Source: an uncultured Pseudomonadales bacterium
Lineage (GTDB): Bacteria > Pseudomonadota > Gammaproteobacteria > Pseudomonadales > UBA7239
Assembly (NCBI GenBank): GCA_964509075.1
Contig: CAZDWC010000009.1
Span: 63,842 to 127,841 of the forward strand
Reading direction: 5' to 3'
DNA length: 64,000 bases
The translations under genes were made by a program, and so were the position numbers. The notes beneath the pieces were generated by a model that worked only from the letters and a program-made list of their open reading frames with translations, was not told the DNA's origin and searched no databases. This document shows positions 56,509 through 64,000 of the stretch, piece by piece (within the stretch, counting starts at the first letter, position 1; each line of letters opens with the position of its first letter).

Positions 56509-57444
56509 TCAAGGCTCCCGGGGTGTGGTCGTGTTTAGCGTCTGCAGCCACTGTTCTGTTTGCTGCCAGAGTTTTGCGGCGCTTTCTGCGTCGAGTGCTT
56601 CTGTACTCGGCGTGGTATCGGTACAGTTATCGTAATAGCGACCACCGGGTAAATGCGCCGCAGTAGCGCAGTACAACGAGGTCTGTGCACCTTGCTCCGG
56701 CGACAACAGGAAAAATGCTTCCACCGGTGCGAGTATCTTGCGCAGCAGGCCGATGAACCCATGCCCCGCGAGACCTTTGTCGGCAATGCGCGTGTACACG
56801 GCACCGGGATGCAAACTGTACGAAGACAAACCCTGCGCGTCGTAGCGGCGTTGCAGCTCGTTGTTCATGTGCATCACGGCGAGTTTGGATGTGCCGTAAG
56901 CGCGCCAGGAATTGTACGGTTCGAGCGGCGAAAACAATGCACTGTTGCGACCTTTGCTGTGAAGTTGCGATACAACGTTGACAACGCGCGCCTCGCCGTG
57001 TTGTTGTGCGGTTTTCAGTAACAGCGGCAGTAGGGCGTGCGTCAATTGAAACGTGCCGAGATAATTGGTGCGCCAGTGAATTTCGAATCCGTCGGGTGTT
57101 AGCTGTGGTGTTTGCCATTCCGAGCGTAGGTCGAGGTGAATCCCCGCGTTGTTGATCAGCACATCCAGCCTGTCGCCGTGTGTTTGTTGATGCCAGCGTA
57201 CAAAGGCGGCTACCGATGCAGCGTCGGTCAGATCCATGTCGCAGCCGTCGATCTTTTTACTGCCGCTGGCCTGCTTTAGTTGGTTGACGGTTGCCTGTGT
57301 GTGGTGGCGGGTGGTGATGCTGACCTGCACGCCCCAGCGCGCCAGTTGCAGCGCAGTGCTGAAACCCAGTGACTGTGCGCTGGCACCGGTGACGATGATG
57401 TGTTTGCCGTTCAGGTCTGTCGGTTTGGCTCGCTGCTTTTTCAT
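56509..57444 (-). CDS. short-chain dehydrogenase/reductase (classical SDR)
   Basis: 311 aa. The cofactor motif IIVTGASAQSLG and the catalytic YGTSKLA (YxxxK). Confidence 0.88.
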   Translation of the reverse strand: MKKQRAKPTDLNGKHIIVTGASAQSLGFSTALQLARWGVQVSITTRHHTQATVNQLKQASGSKKIDGCDMDLTDAASVAAFVRWHQQTHGDRLDVLINNAGIHLDLRSEWQTPQLTPDGFEIHWRTNYLGTFQLTHALLPLLLKTAQQHGEARVVNVVSQLHSKGRNSALFSPLEPYNSWRAYGTSKLAVMHMNNELQRRYDAQGLSSYSLHPGAVYTRIADKGLAGHGFIGLLRKILAPVEAFFLLSPEQGAQTSLYCATAAHLPGGRYYDNCTDTTPSTEALDAESAAKLWQQTEQWLQTLNTTTPREP

Positions 57445-57454
57445 CAGGGTGCGC

Positions 57455-57880
57455 TTACATGAAACCGAGCTTCTTCAACTGTGCTTCCATTTCCGCCCAG
57501 CTCCAGTACGCGCTCATCTCGATGATTTTTCCCGCATCGTTGACCTTGTAGATCGCGATCATGTCGACTTCGGTTTTGCCCTTGCCGAAATTGTTCACGG
57601 CTGTTTGATGCACGGCCACGGCGTGCGTGCCGCTGGGAATGCGCGTGTGCACGGTGATAGTGAGATTCGAAGGGCCAATCACGTTGTCCCAGAATTTGGC
57701 AATGGCTTCCTTGCCGCGGTGGCCGTCGCCTGTCATGTCGAACGGCGATACGCCGACGGGATCACTCACCACGGCATTGTCGTCATACAGCGCGAGCCAG
57801 CCTTCGCGGTCGCCTTTCATCGCGAGAGTGACGGAGTTGATATTGGCCTGGATGGCGAGATGGTTGCTGATATCGCTCAT
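57455..57880 (-). CDS. NTF2/SnoaL-fold protein, ketosteroid-isomerase-like
   Basis: 141 aa. The LYDDNAVVSDPVGV...GKEAIAKFWDN segment parallels the KSI segment MYADDATVEDPFG...GREQIAAFY, which contains the catalytic Asp. Confidence 0.8.
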   Translation of the reverse strand: MSDISNHLAIQANINSVTLAMKGDREGWLALYDDNAVVSDPVGVSPFDMTGDGHRGKEAIAKFWDNVIGPSNLTITVHTRIPSGTHAVAVHQTAVNNFGKGKTEVDMIAIYKVNDAGKIIEMSAYWSWAEMEAQLKKLGFM

Positions 57881-58920
57881 GATTTTATCTCGTTGGTTGA
57901 TGGTAATTGCTGTGGTGATTGCGGATGACTGGCGAGAATCATCGCTGTTGCCGTGATGATGGCCATGCTGGCAGCGAGTAGATTGCCGACGGCCAGGCCC
58001 TTCGCGTTCATGCCGTCAGCGTTGACGCTCCACAGCATGTCAAATTTGGCGATGTAGAGAAACAGCAGGCCGGCAATCCACAGCACCGGAAAGAACATCA
58101 GCCAGTTGTCGCGCGCAGCGGGTTTGCGGTATGCCAGCAGAAACCAGTAGCCGGCGGCGAAGAAACTGACAGCGTGAATCAACGCGGCGATATAAGGTTG
58201 GTGGAACACGAACAGAAACACATCGTAGGGAATGAACAGCAAGCAGCCGAGGGTGATGGTGAGCAGGGGCATGCACGCTACCCCGATTTGCGCCTTGCGC
58301 AACTGTCCGGCAGCCATGGCATCCCACGCGAATTTGCGCAGACAGTAAGCCAGCGCGCCGCTGAACAGGAACATCCAGTGGTAGCTGGTGAGCGGCACGC
58401 TGTTGAGGAAAGGCTGGTTGTAGATGACGTCGCGGTTCCACGTCCACCAGTTCAGTGCCGGGCCTAGGTTGTCGAAAATCAGGTAAAGCGTGCCAGTAAG
58501 AAAGGCAGTGCAGATGGCTTCGGTGACTGGCGGGAAATCGTAGCGGCGGATGGTCATGTAGCTGTGGTAGAGCAATGCTGGGTAGAGCAGGGCGATGTAG
58601 AGCGGTAGCCGGTTCCACACCAGCATCACGGAGAATTCGCCGTGCCAGAAACTCACCAGGGTGTAGTAAGAGCCGATATCCATTACCAGCCCAAACAGGA
58701 AAATACCGGCAAAGGTGTAAAGCGGTGAGCGATTACCTAACTGCCTGCTGTGGCGAATGGCGTGCAGTAAAGCCAGCACGGCACCACACAGCATGATGGC
58801 TTCAATGGCGAGAAAGCTCCAGTCCAGCAGCGCCTGCGGGGCATTGAAGGAGATGAAATGCTCGCGCGCCTCGGCGTTGCGCATGGCGTAGGAGAGCTGT
58901 TCCGCAACGGAAGTATCCAT
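57877..58920 (-). CDS. polytopic membrane protein of unknown function
   Basis: 347 aa with at least 8 hydrophobic segments by eye and aromatic-rich loops (GPALNWWTWNRD). It is the first gene of the operon, and its stop overlaps the next start by 4 nt. Confidence 0.7.
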   Translation of the reverse strand: MDTSVAEQLSYAMRNAEAREHFISFNAPQALLDWSFLAIEAIMLCGAVLALLHAIRHSRQLGNRSPLYTFAGIFLFGLVMDIGSYYTLVSFWHGEFSVMLVWNRLPLYIALLYPALLYHSYMTIRRYDFPPVTEAICTAFLTGTLYLIFDNLGPALNWWTWNRDVIYNQPFLNSVPLTSYHWMFLFSGALAYCLRKFAWDAMAAGQLRKAQIGVACMPLLTITLGCLLFIPYDVFLFVFHQPYIAALIHAVSFFAAGYWFLLAYRKPAARDNWLMFFPVLWIAGLLFLYIAKFDMLWSVNADGMNAKGLAVGNLLAASMAIITATAMILASHPQSPQQLPSTNEIKS

Positions 58921-59093
58921 GAGTTACCTCTTTCATCAACAGGCGCAGACTCTGTCATACCAATCCTTGTAGCGGCAATCACGTAATTGCCGAGGGAGGT
59001 GTTTAGGTGGGCCATCTCCCGGCAAAGCGTTAGATCACTGCTACAGTTGAAGTGTCAGTTGTTGGTCTAGGTTTGCCCATGGGAGCTGTTGCC

Positions 59094-59504
59094 ATGCATG
59101 AACGTCGCCGCTATGTGCGGGTAACTCCGGAAGAGGGAGCTCCTGTGCGTGTGGACATCAACGGGGAAAATTTTCTCGATATCCTCTGCGCTTGCGACAT
59201 CAGCGAGGGCGGTGTGGGTTTCCAGGTTGAGCATTGTTTCACTGGCTGCATGATCGACAAGCCGGTACATTTCATCGTCCAGTTGCCTCCGCCAGTCAAT
59301 GCCTTGATCAGTGCGGAGGGACGCATTCGTCATGTGGCCGGGCAGTCTTTCGGCATAGAATTTGAAATCCTGACGCGGGAAGCGCGACACAATCTGTTCG
59401 ACTACGTGCACCACCGCCTGCGCAATGCGCCGTTACTTACCCGCGTGGCGCACAGCCTGCACCTGAGCGGTGTGCTGCCGGGTACAGCCTCGCAGTTGCA
59501 TTGA
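59094..59504 (+). CDS. PilZ-domain protein (c-di-GMP receptor candidate)
   Basis: MHERRRYVRV (RxxxR) and DISEGG (DxSxxG) with normal spacing. ATG 59079 and GTG 59052 are alternative starts. Confidence 0.75.
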   Translation: MHERRRYVRVTPEEGAPVRVDINGENFLDILCACDISEGGVGFQVEHCFTGCMIDKPVHFIVQLPPPVNALISAEGRIRHVAGQSFGIEFEILTREARHNLFDYVHHRLRNAPLLTRVAHSLHLSGVLPGTASQLH

Positions 59505-59513
59505 AGGGGCGTA

Positions 59514-60155
59514 TCAGGGCGCCAGGCGTTCAATGCACCAGTTACTGTCTGCCAGACGGGTATAGACAAACCGGTCATGCAGGCGATTGGGCCGGCCCTG
59601 CCAGAATTCAAAGCGTTCCGGCAACACACGGTAACCGCCCCAGTGCGGTGGGCAGGGGATAGGGCCTTCACCGAAACGAGCAGCCTGCTCGGCAAAAGCA
59701 ATGTCCAGCGCCTCACGTGTTTCCAGAATATGGCTCTGCTGTGAAGCCCAGGCACCGAGCTGGCTCTCGCGCGGTCGGCTGGCGAAATAACGCTCGTCGA
59801 CTTCGCGCGTGGTGTGCTCAACACGGCCACACACCATCACCTGCCGGCTCAGGGGCAGCCACTGGAACAGCAGAGAGACATGTGTGTTGGCCTGCATGTC
59901 GTGGGCCTTGGCACTCTGCCGGTTGGTAAAAAAGGTGAATCCCTCCGCGCCATGGTCTTTCAGCAGCACCGTGCGCTGGTGGGGCTGACCTTCTTCATTC
60001 ACGGTAGCCAGTACCATCGCTGTGGGATCGGGGATATTCGGTTCCGCCAGTGCATGTGCCAGCCACTGTTCAAACTGCGAAAAAGGCTCCCCAGCCAGGT
60101 CTTCGCGCTTCAGTTCACCGTACTGGTAATCGCGGCGTATATCGGCGGTTTTCAT
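59514..60155 (-). CDS. pdxH: pyridoxamine 5'-phosphate oxidase
   Basis: 213 aa (MKTADIRRDYQYGELKREDL ... RFEFWQGRPNRLHDRF.Y), a canonical PdxH. Confidence 0.93.
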   Translation of the reverse strand: MKTADIRRDYQYGELKREDLAGEPFSQFEQWLAHALAEPNIPDPTAMVLATVNEEGQPHQRTVLLKDHGAEGFTFFTNRQSAKAHDMQANTHVSLLFQWLPLSRQVMVCGRVEHTTREVDERYFASRPRESQLGAWASQQSHILETREALDIAFAEQAARFGEGPIPCPPHWGGYRVLPERFEFWQGRPNRLHDRFVYTRLADSNWCIERLAP

Positions 60156-60285
60156 GCGTGTGTCATCCGGGAAACTTGTGCCGGCATGGTAACATTCATG
60201 GGGTTTGCCAGACGTCGACAAGATCAACGATATCAAGCCTAAATAAAACGGTAACGCAGGATCAGAGGTGTCTCACCTATGCAAT

Positions 60286-60311
60286 GGGATGTTGGCAACT
60301 GCCAACATCCC
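60286..60311. promoter_or_regulatory. 26-bp perfect palindrome in the pdxH/trpF divergent region (operator or RNA hairpin candidate)
   Basis: GGGATGTTGGCA-ac-TGCCAACATCCC, with 12-bp perfect arms. No gene ends here, so it is not a terminator of the flanking CDSs. Confidence 0.4.
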
Positions 60312-60372
60312 GAAAATGTCACTCTGGCGCCGATTTCCCGTAGAATTGGCGACTGATTTGTATAGGTTTGCC

Positions 60373-61014
60373 ATGTCTTCCATCTCCCCAGCACCCACAC
60401 GCACCAAGATCTGCGGCTTGACCAGCGTTGATGACGCCGAGGCTGCGGTTGCTGCCGGTGTTGATGCCATTGGTCTGGTGTTCTATCCGAAGAGCCCACG
60501 CCATGTGTCTATTGCCAATGCGGCGGTCATTGCGCGGGCGGTCGGGCCGTTTGTGACGGTGGTGGGACTTTTTGTGGATGCCGCGGCTGACGAGATTGAT
60601 CGTGTGCTGGCGCAGGTGCCGCTGCATGTCCTGCAGTTTCACGGTAACGAAACCCCGGCTTTCTGTGCCAGCTTTCAGCGCCCGTTTGTGAAGGCGATCC
60701 GCATGGCCGAGGGCACAGACTTGCCAGCGCTGGAGCAGACCTACACAGACGCAGGTGCCTTAGGCTTGCTGCTCGACAGCTACAGCCCGGCAGCACCCGG
60801 CGGCACCGGCGAGACCTTCAACTGGGAGCGCATTCCACGCGAGCGGCGGCTTCCCCTGATACTGGCGGGCGGGCTCTCGCCGGATAATGTTGTAGCAGCC
60901 GTGACACAGGTTAGACCGTATGCAGTGGACGTCAGCAGCGGGGTGGAAATCGCCCCTGGCCGCAAGGATTCCGCTAGAATGGCCGCCTTTGTTCACGCAG
61001 CACGCAATGCCTGA
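60373..61014 (+). CDS. trpF: phosphoribosylanthranilate isomerase
   Basis: 213 aa (TRTKICGLTSVDDAEAAVAAGVDAIGLVFYPKSPR...LAGGLSPDNV). Confidence 0.9.
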   Translation: MSSISPAPTRTKICGLTSVDDAEAAVAAGVDAIGLVFYPKSPRHVSIANAAVIARAVGPFVTVVGLFVDAAADEIDRVLAQVPLHVLQFHGNETPAFCASFQRPFVKAIRMAEGTDLPALEQTYTDAGALGLLLDSYSPAAPGGTGETFNWERIPRERRLPLILAGGLSPDNVVAAVTQVRPYAVDVSSGVEIAPGRKDSARMAAFVHAARNA

Positions 61015-61059
61015 ACCGCCCCTGTTTACGTTTTGAAGTCATTGACCCGGAGTATTGTT

Positions 61060-62283
61060 GTGGCCCAGACCAACTGGAAAGATTTCAATTTTGCTGCCTA
61101 TCCGGATGCTCGCGGGCATTTCGATCAGTTCGGTGGCAAGTTTGTTTCCGAAACCTTGATGGCAGCGGTGAGCGAGCTGGAAAAGAGCTACGCGAAGCTG
61201 TCGAAGGATCCGGACTTCCACGCCGAATTCGACCGCGACATGGCGCACTACGTCGGTCGTCCGTCACCGCTGTATTTTGCGGAGCGTTGGAGCCGTGAAC
61301 TGGGCGGCGCACGCATTTTCCTGAAGCGCGAAGACCTGAACCACACTGGCGCGCACAAGGTGAACAACACCATCGGTCAGGCACTGCTCGCCAAGCATTC
61401 CGGCAAGACACGCATCATCGCCGAAACCGGTGCCGGCCAGCACGGCGTGGCCACGGCCACGGTCGCGGCGCGCCTCGGCATGGAGTGCGTGGTATACATG
61501 GGCGAAGACGATGTGAAGCGCCAATCGCTCAATGTCTATCGCATGAAATTGCTGGGGGCTACCGTGGTGCCGGTGACATCCGGTTCCAAAACGCTGAAAG
61601 ACGCGATGAACGAAGCGATGCGCGACTGGGTGACCAATGTCGACAACACGTTCTACATTATCGGCACCGTGGCCGGCCCGCATCCATACCCGATGCTGGT
61701 GCGTGATTTCCAATCGATTATCGGTCGCGAAGCGCGTCGCCAGTGTCTGGAGCAAACGGGCCAATTGCCGAGCGCTCTGATTGCCTGCGTTGGCGGTGGC
61801 TCCAATGCCATCGGCTTGTTTCATCCCTTTCTTGCCGATGATGGCGTGGCTATGTACGGCGTGGAAGCGGGCGGTGACGGCGTTGCAACCGGTCGTCACG
61901 CGGCACCACTGAATGCAGGCCGCCCCGGTGTATTGCACGGCAATCGCACCTATTTGATGGACGACGACAACGGCCAGATCATCGAAACGCATTCGGTGTC
62001 TGCCGGTCTGGATTATCCCGGTGTCGGCCCTGAACATTCGTGGCTGAAAGATATAGGCCGCGTAAATTATGTGGCAATCAATGACACCGAAGCACTGGCA
62101 GGCTTCCGTCGCCTGACGCGCACCGAAGGCATCATGCCGGCACTGGAATCCAGTCACGCCGTCGCCTATGCCGAAAAACTGGCACCGACACTGACACCGG
62201 AAGACATCATCATTGTCAATTTGTCCGGCCGTGGTGACAAGGATATTCTGACCATTGCTGCCATTGACGGCATCAAGGTCTGA
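61060..62283 (+). CDS. trpB: tryptophan synthase beta chain
   Basis: [20 protein letters not shown] and the PLP-Lys motif [15 protein letters not shown] 61060 start follows GGAG; TTG 61033 is an alternative. Confidence 0.95.
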   Translation: MAQTNWKDFNFAAYPDARGHFDQFGGKFVSETLMAAVSELEKSYAKLSKDPDFHAEFDRDMAHYVGRPSPLYFAERWSRELGGARIFLKREDLNHTGAHKVNNTIGQALLAKHSGKTRIIAETGAGQHGVATATVAARLGMECVVYMGEDDVKRQSLNVYRMKLLGATVVPVTSGSKTLKDAMNEAMRDWVTNVDNTFYIIGTVAGPHPYPMLVRDFQSIIGREARRQCLEQTGQLPSALIACVGGGSNAIGLFHPFLADDGVAMYGVEAGGDGVATGRHAAPLNAGRPGVLHGNRTYLMDDDNGQIIETHSVSAGLDYPGVGPEHSWLKDIGRVNYVAINDTEALAGFRRLTRTEGIMPALESSHAVAYAEKLAPTLTPEDIIIVNLSGRGDKDILTIAAIDGIKV

Positions 62284-62294
62284 ACGGAGTATTC

Positions 62295-63236
62295 ATGTTT
62301 TCACGTCTGGTTGTGGATGTTGAATTGACCAATCGGTGCAATGCAACCTGCACGTTTTGTCCGCGCGACAATATGCCGCAAATGGGACATATGAGCCGTG
62401 AAAATTTTTACTCAACGGTGAAGCGCATTGCAGATGCAGGGCCTGATCATGTCATCAGTTTCTGTGGAACAGGTGAGCCATCGATACATCCACATTTTGG
62501 TGAATTCGTTGAATACGCTGCCAAATCAGGTTTGCAGACCCAGTTGACCACAAACGCCAGTCGCTTGACGCGTGATATCTCGGAAAAAATTGTTTCCGCA
62601 GGTATCAAACGTATCAATTTCAGCATAACTGGCATTGATGATGTCTACGAACGCATCTACGGTTTGTCATTTGCTCCTGTCAGGAAAAACATTCTGGATT
62701 TTGTTGAAGCAGCAGATGGTCGCTGCATCATCAATATAAATCTTGTTGATTATGAAAAATATGAGGCTGACCTTGATCTCAAGGCAGTGCGCCAGTACTG
62801 GAAAGACCTGGGAATAGAAAAGTTCTCTGTCATGCGCATAACCAACAGGGCAGGCGCCATCAGTATGGCAGGCGGCACAGGAGAGTCTTATGCCGAAGCC
62901 GTGACAGCAAACCAAGCAATTCTTGCCAAACATGATCTTAATGGTTTGTGCGCTATAGCGTTTGATACTTTTCATATTGGATGGGATGGACAGTACTTTT
63001 TATGTTGCCATGACTGGAAGCATGAGGCGCCGTTTGGTCATGTTGCAACGCACAGCATTGCTGAAGTTTATGAAATGAAAAAAAGATATTTTTCTGAAAA
63101 AGAAATGATATGTCATCGCTGTATGCACTATCCGGCAAACATTCTGAGGCACTCGCCTGCATACAAGGTGAACAAAGTTGTCTATGAAGGTGAAGACCTT
63201 GTAAGACTTTTTCGTGAATCCGAGCAAAAAATCTGA
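62295..63236 (+). CDS. radical SAM protein with partial SPASM/twitch-like C-terminal Cys motif
   Basis: 313 aa. CNATCTFC (C-x3-C-x2-C) near the N-terminus, C-x12-G-x4-CC and CHRC near the C-terminus. GGAG lies 5 nt upstream of the ATG. It is noticeably AT-richer than the flanking trp genes. Confidence 0.88.
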   Translation: MFSRLVVDVELTNRCNATCTFCPRDNMPQMGHMSRENFYSTVKRIADAGPDHVISFCGTGEPSIHPHFGEFVEYAAKSGLQTQLTTNASRLTRDISEKIVSAGIKRINFSITGIDDVYERIYGLSFAPVRKNILDFVEAADGRCIININLVDYEKYEADLDLKAVRQYWKDLGIEKFSVMRITNRAGAISMAGGTGESYAEAVTANQAILAKHDLNGLCAIAFDTFHIGWDGQYFLCCHDWKHEAPFGHVATHSIAEVYEMKKRYFSEKEMICHRCMHYPANILRHSPAYKVNKVVYEGEDLVRLFRESEQKI

Positions 63237-63266
63237 CACCCGCTTCATTAAACAGGCCTTTTACGC

Positions 63267-64000
63267 ATGTCACGTATCTCAAGCTGTCTCACGCAATTGA
63301 ACGCCGCAAACCGCAAGGCGCTGATTCCCTACATCGTCGCTGGTGATCCGGACAGAGTTACCACGCTCGCCACACTACGCGCCATGGTAAAAGCCGGCGC
63401 CGACATTCTGGAAATCGGCGTGCCGTTTTCCGACCCGATGGCGGAAGGCCCGGTGATCCAGAAAGGCCATGAACGTGCATTGGCATCCGGCATGTCACTC
63501 AAGCAAGTGCTGGAACTGGTGCGTGAATTTCGCACAAGCGACAACTCGACACCGATTGTGTTGATGGGCTATGCCAATCCGGTCGAACGCATGGGGTATG
63601 CACAGTTTGCCGATGCAGCAGTTGCTGCTGGTGTCGACGGTTTGCTCACGGTGGATATCCCCCCCGAAGAAGCGCACGACCTGAATGCCGAACTGAAGCG
63701 TGTCGGAATCGACAATATTTTCCTGCTGGCACCGACCACCACTGACGAGCGCGCCAGACAGATTTGCGCACTGGCCACCGGCTATTTGTACTACGTGTCG
63801 CTGAAAGGTGTGACGGGTGCCGGCCATCTCGATACTGCAGAAGTGCGTGCAAAACTCGCGCATTTTCGCACTTACACGCAGTTGCCGCTGTGTGTCGGTT
63901 TCGGCATCAAGGATGCAGAGTCTGCACGTGCGATTTCAGAGACCGCTGATGGCGTTGTTGTCGGCAGTGTGCTGGTAGATAAAATGGCGCAACTGGGCAA
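63267..64000 (+). CDS. trpA: tryptophan synthase alpha chain (3' end lies outside the window)
   Basis: The frame is open from ATG 63267 to the window end. It is missing from the ORF track because there is no stop in the window. Product: MSRISSCLTQLNAANRKALIPYIVAGDPD...LEIGVPFSDPMAEGPVIQ...YYVSLKGVTG. Confidence 0.93.
   Translation, partial: MSRISSCLTQLNAANRKALIPYIVAGDPDRVTTLATLRAMVKAGADILEIGVPFSDPMAEGPVIQKGHERALASGMSLKQVLELVREFRTSDNSTPIVLMGYANPVERMGYAQFADAAVAAGVDGLLTVDIPPEEAHDLNAELKRVGIDNIFLLAPTTTDERARQICALATGYLYYVSLKGVTGAGHLDTAEVRAKLAHFRTYTQLPLCVGFGIKDAESARAISETADGVVVGSVLVDKMAQLG

Noticed and set aside
61264-62157. 297-aa ORF on the minus strand
   Set aside because: It is antisense to trpB. 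Shadow ORF.
1-64000. Search for CRISPR arrays, tRNA/rRNA genes, IS elements, integrases, toxin-antitoxin or restriction/defence gene signatures
   Set aside because: I saw no regularly spaced direct repeats, no tRNA-like T-arm/acceptor patterns in the few intergenic gaps, and no transposase, integrase or defence-type ORFs. This visual scan cannot exclude small ncRNAs.

Overview
This window looks like chromosomal DNA from a gammaproteobacterium with a Pseudomonas/Vibrio-type polar-flagellum hierarchy. G+C is mid-50s % by eye. I found no rRNA, tRNA, CRISPR array, IS element or prophage. I call about 66 protein-coding genes, in this order. (1) 1-3.1 kb: an acyl-CoA dehydrogenase tail, a molybdopterin oxidoreductase and a SnoaL-like gene. 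(2) 3.1-6.2 kb, minus strand: one translationally coupled operon, mnmA-hflD-tusD-tusC-tusB-tusE. (3) 6.4-7.8 kb: a secreted delta-60/TSP3 repeat protein. (4) 8-32 kb: a flagellar block, fleQ, fleS-fleR and fliEFGHIJ, with fliK at the far end. Between fliJ and fliK sits an 11.4-kb Che2/F7-like chemosensory operon (STAS-cheY-cheA-cheW-PAS MCP-cheR-cheD-cheB) plus an HsbA/HsbR-like partner-switching pair. (5) 32-47 kb: sodB, a CitE-like lyase, orphan genes, three PilZ-type genes, msrA, a PhyH dioxygenase, an SDR/FAD-oxidoreductase/GtrA triad, an acyl-CoA synthetase, HAD, cinA, an MFS transporter and aroC. (6) 47.3-51.3 kb: ccmCDEFG without ccmAB or ccmH. (7) 51.5-58.9 kb: two convergent lipid/steroid-type operons, 2x DUF35 + 2x thiolase-fold facing membrane protein-KSI-like-SDR-KstD-like. 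(8) 59-64 kb: PilZ, pdxH and trpF-trpB-[radical SAM]-trpA. The most unusual observations are a low-GC radical-SAM gene wedged between trpB and trpA; the chemosensory and partner-switching module nested in the flagellar cluster, whose HsbR-like protein has a fully degenerate receiver domain; a FleQ with substitutions at two c-di-GMP-contacting motifs; and thiolase-fold proteins that appear to lack the nucleophilic Cys. All functional calls come from reading the translated ORFs by eye. No database search was run.
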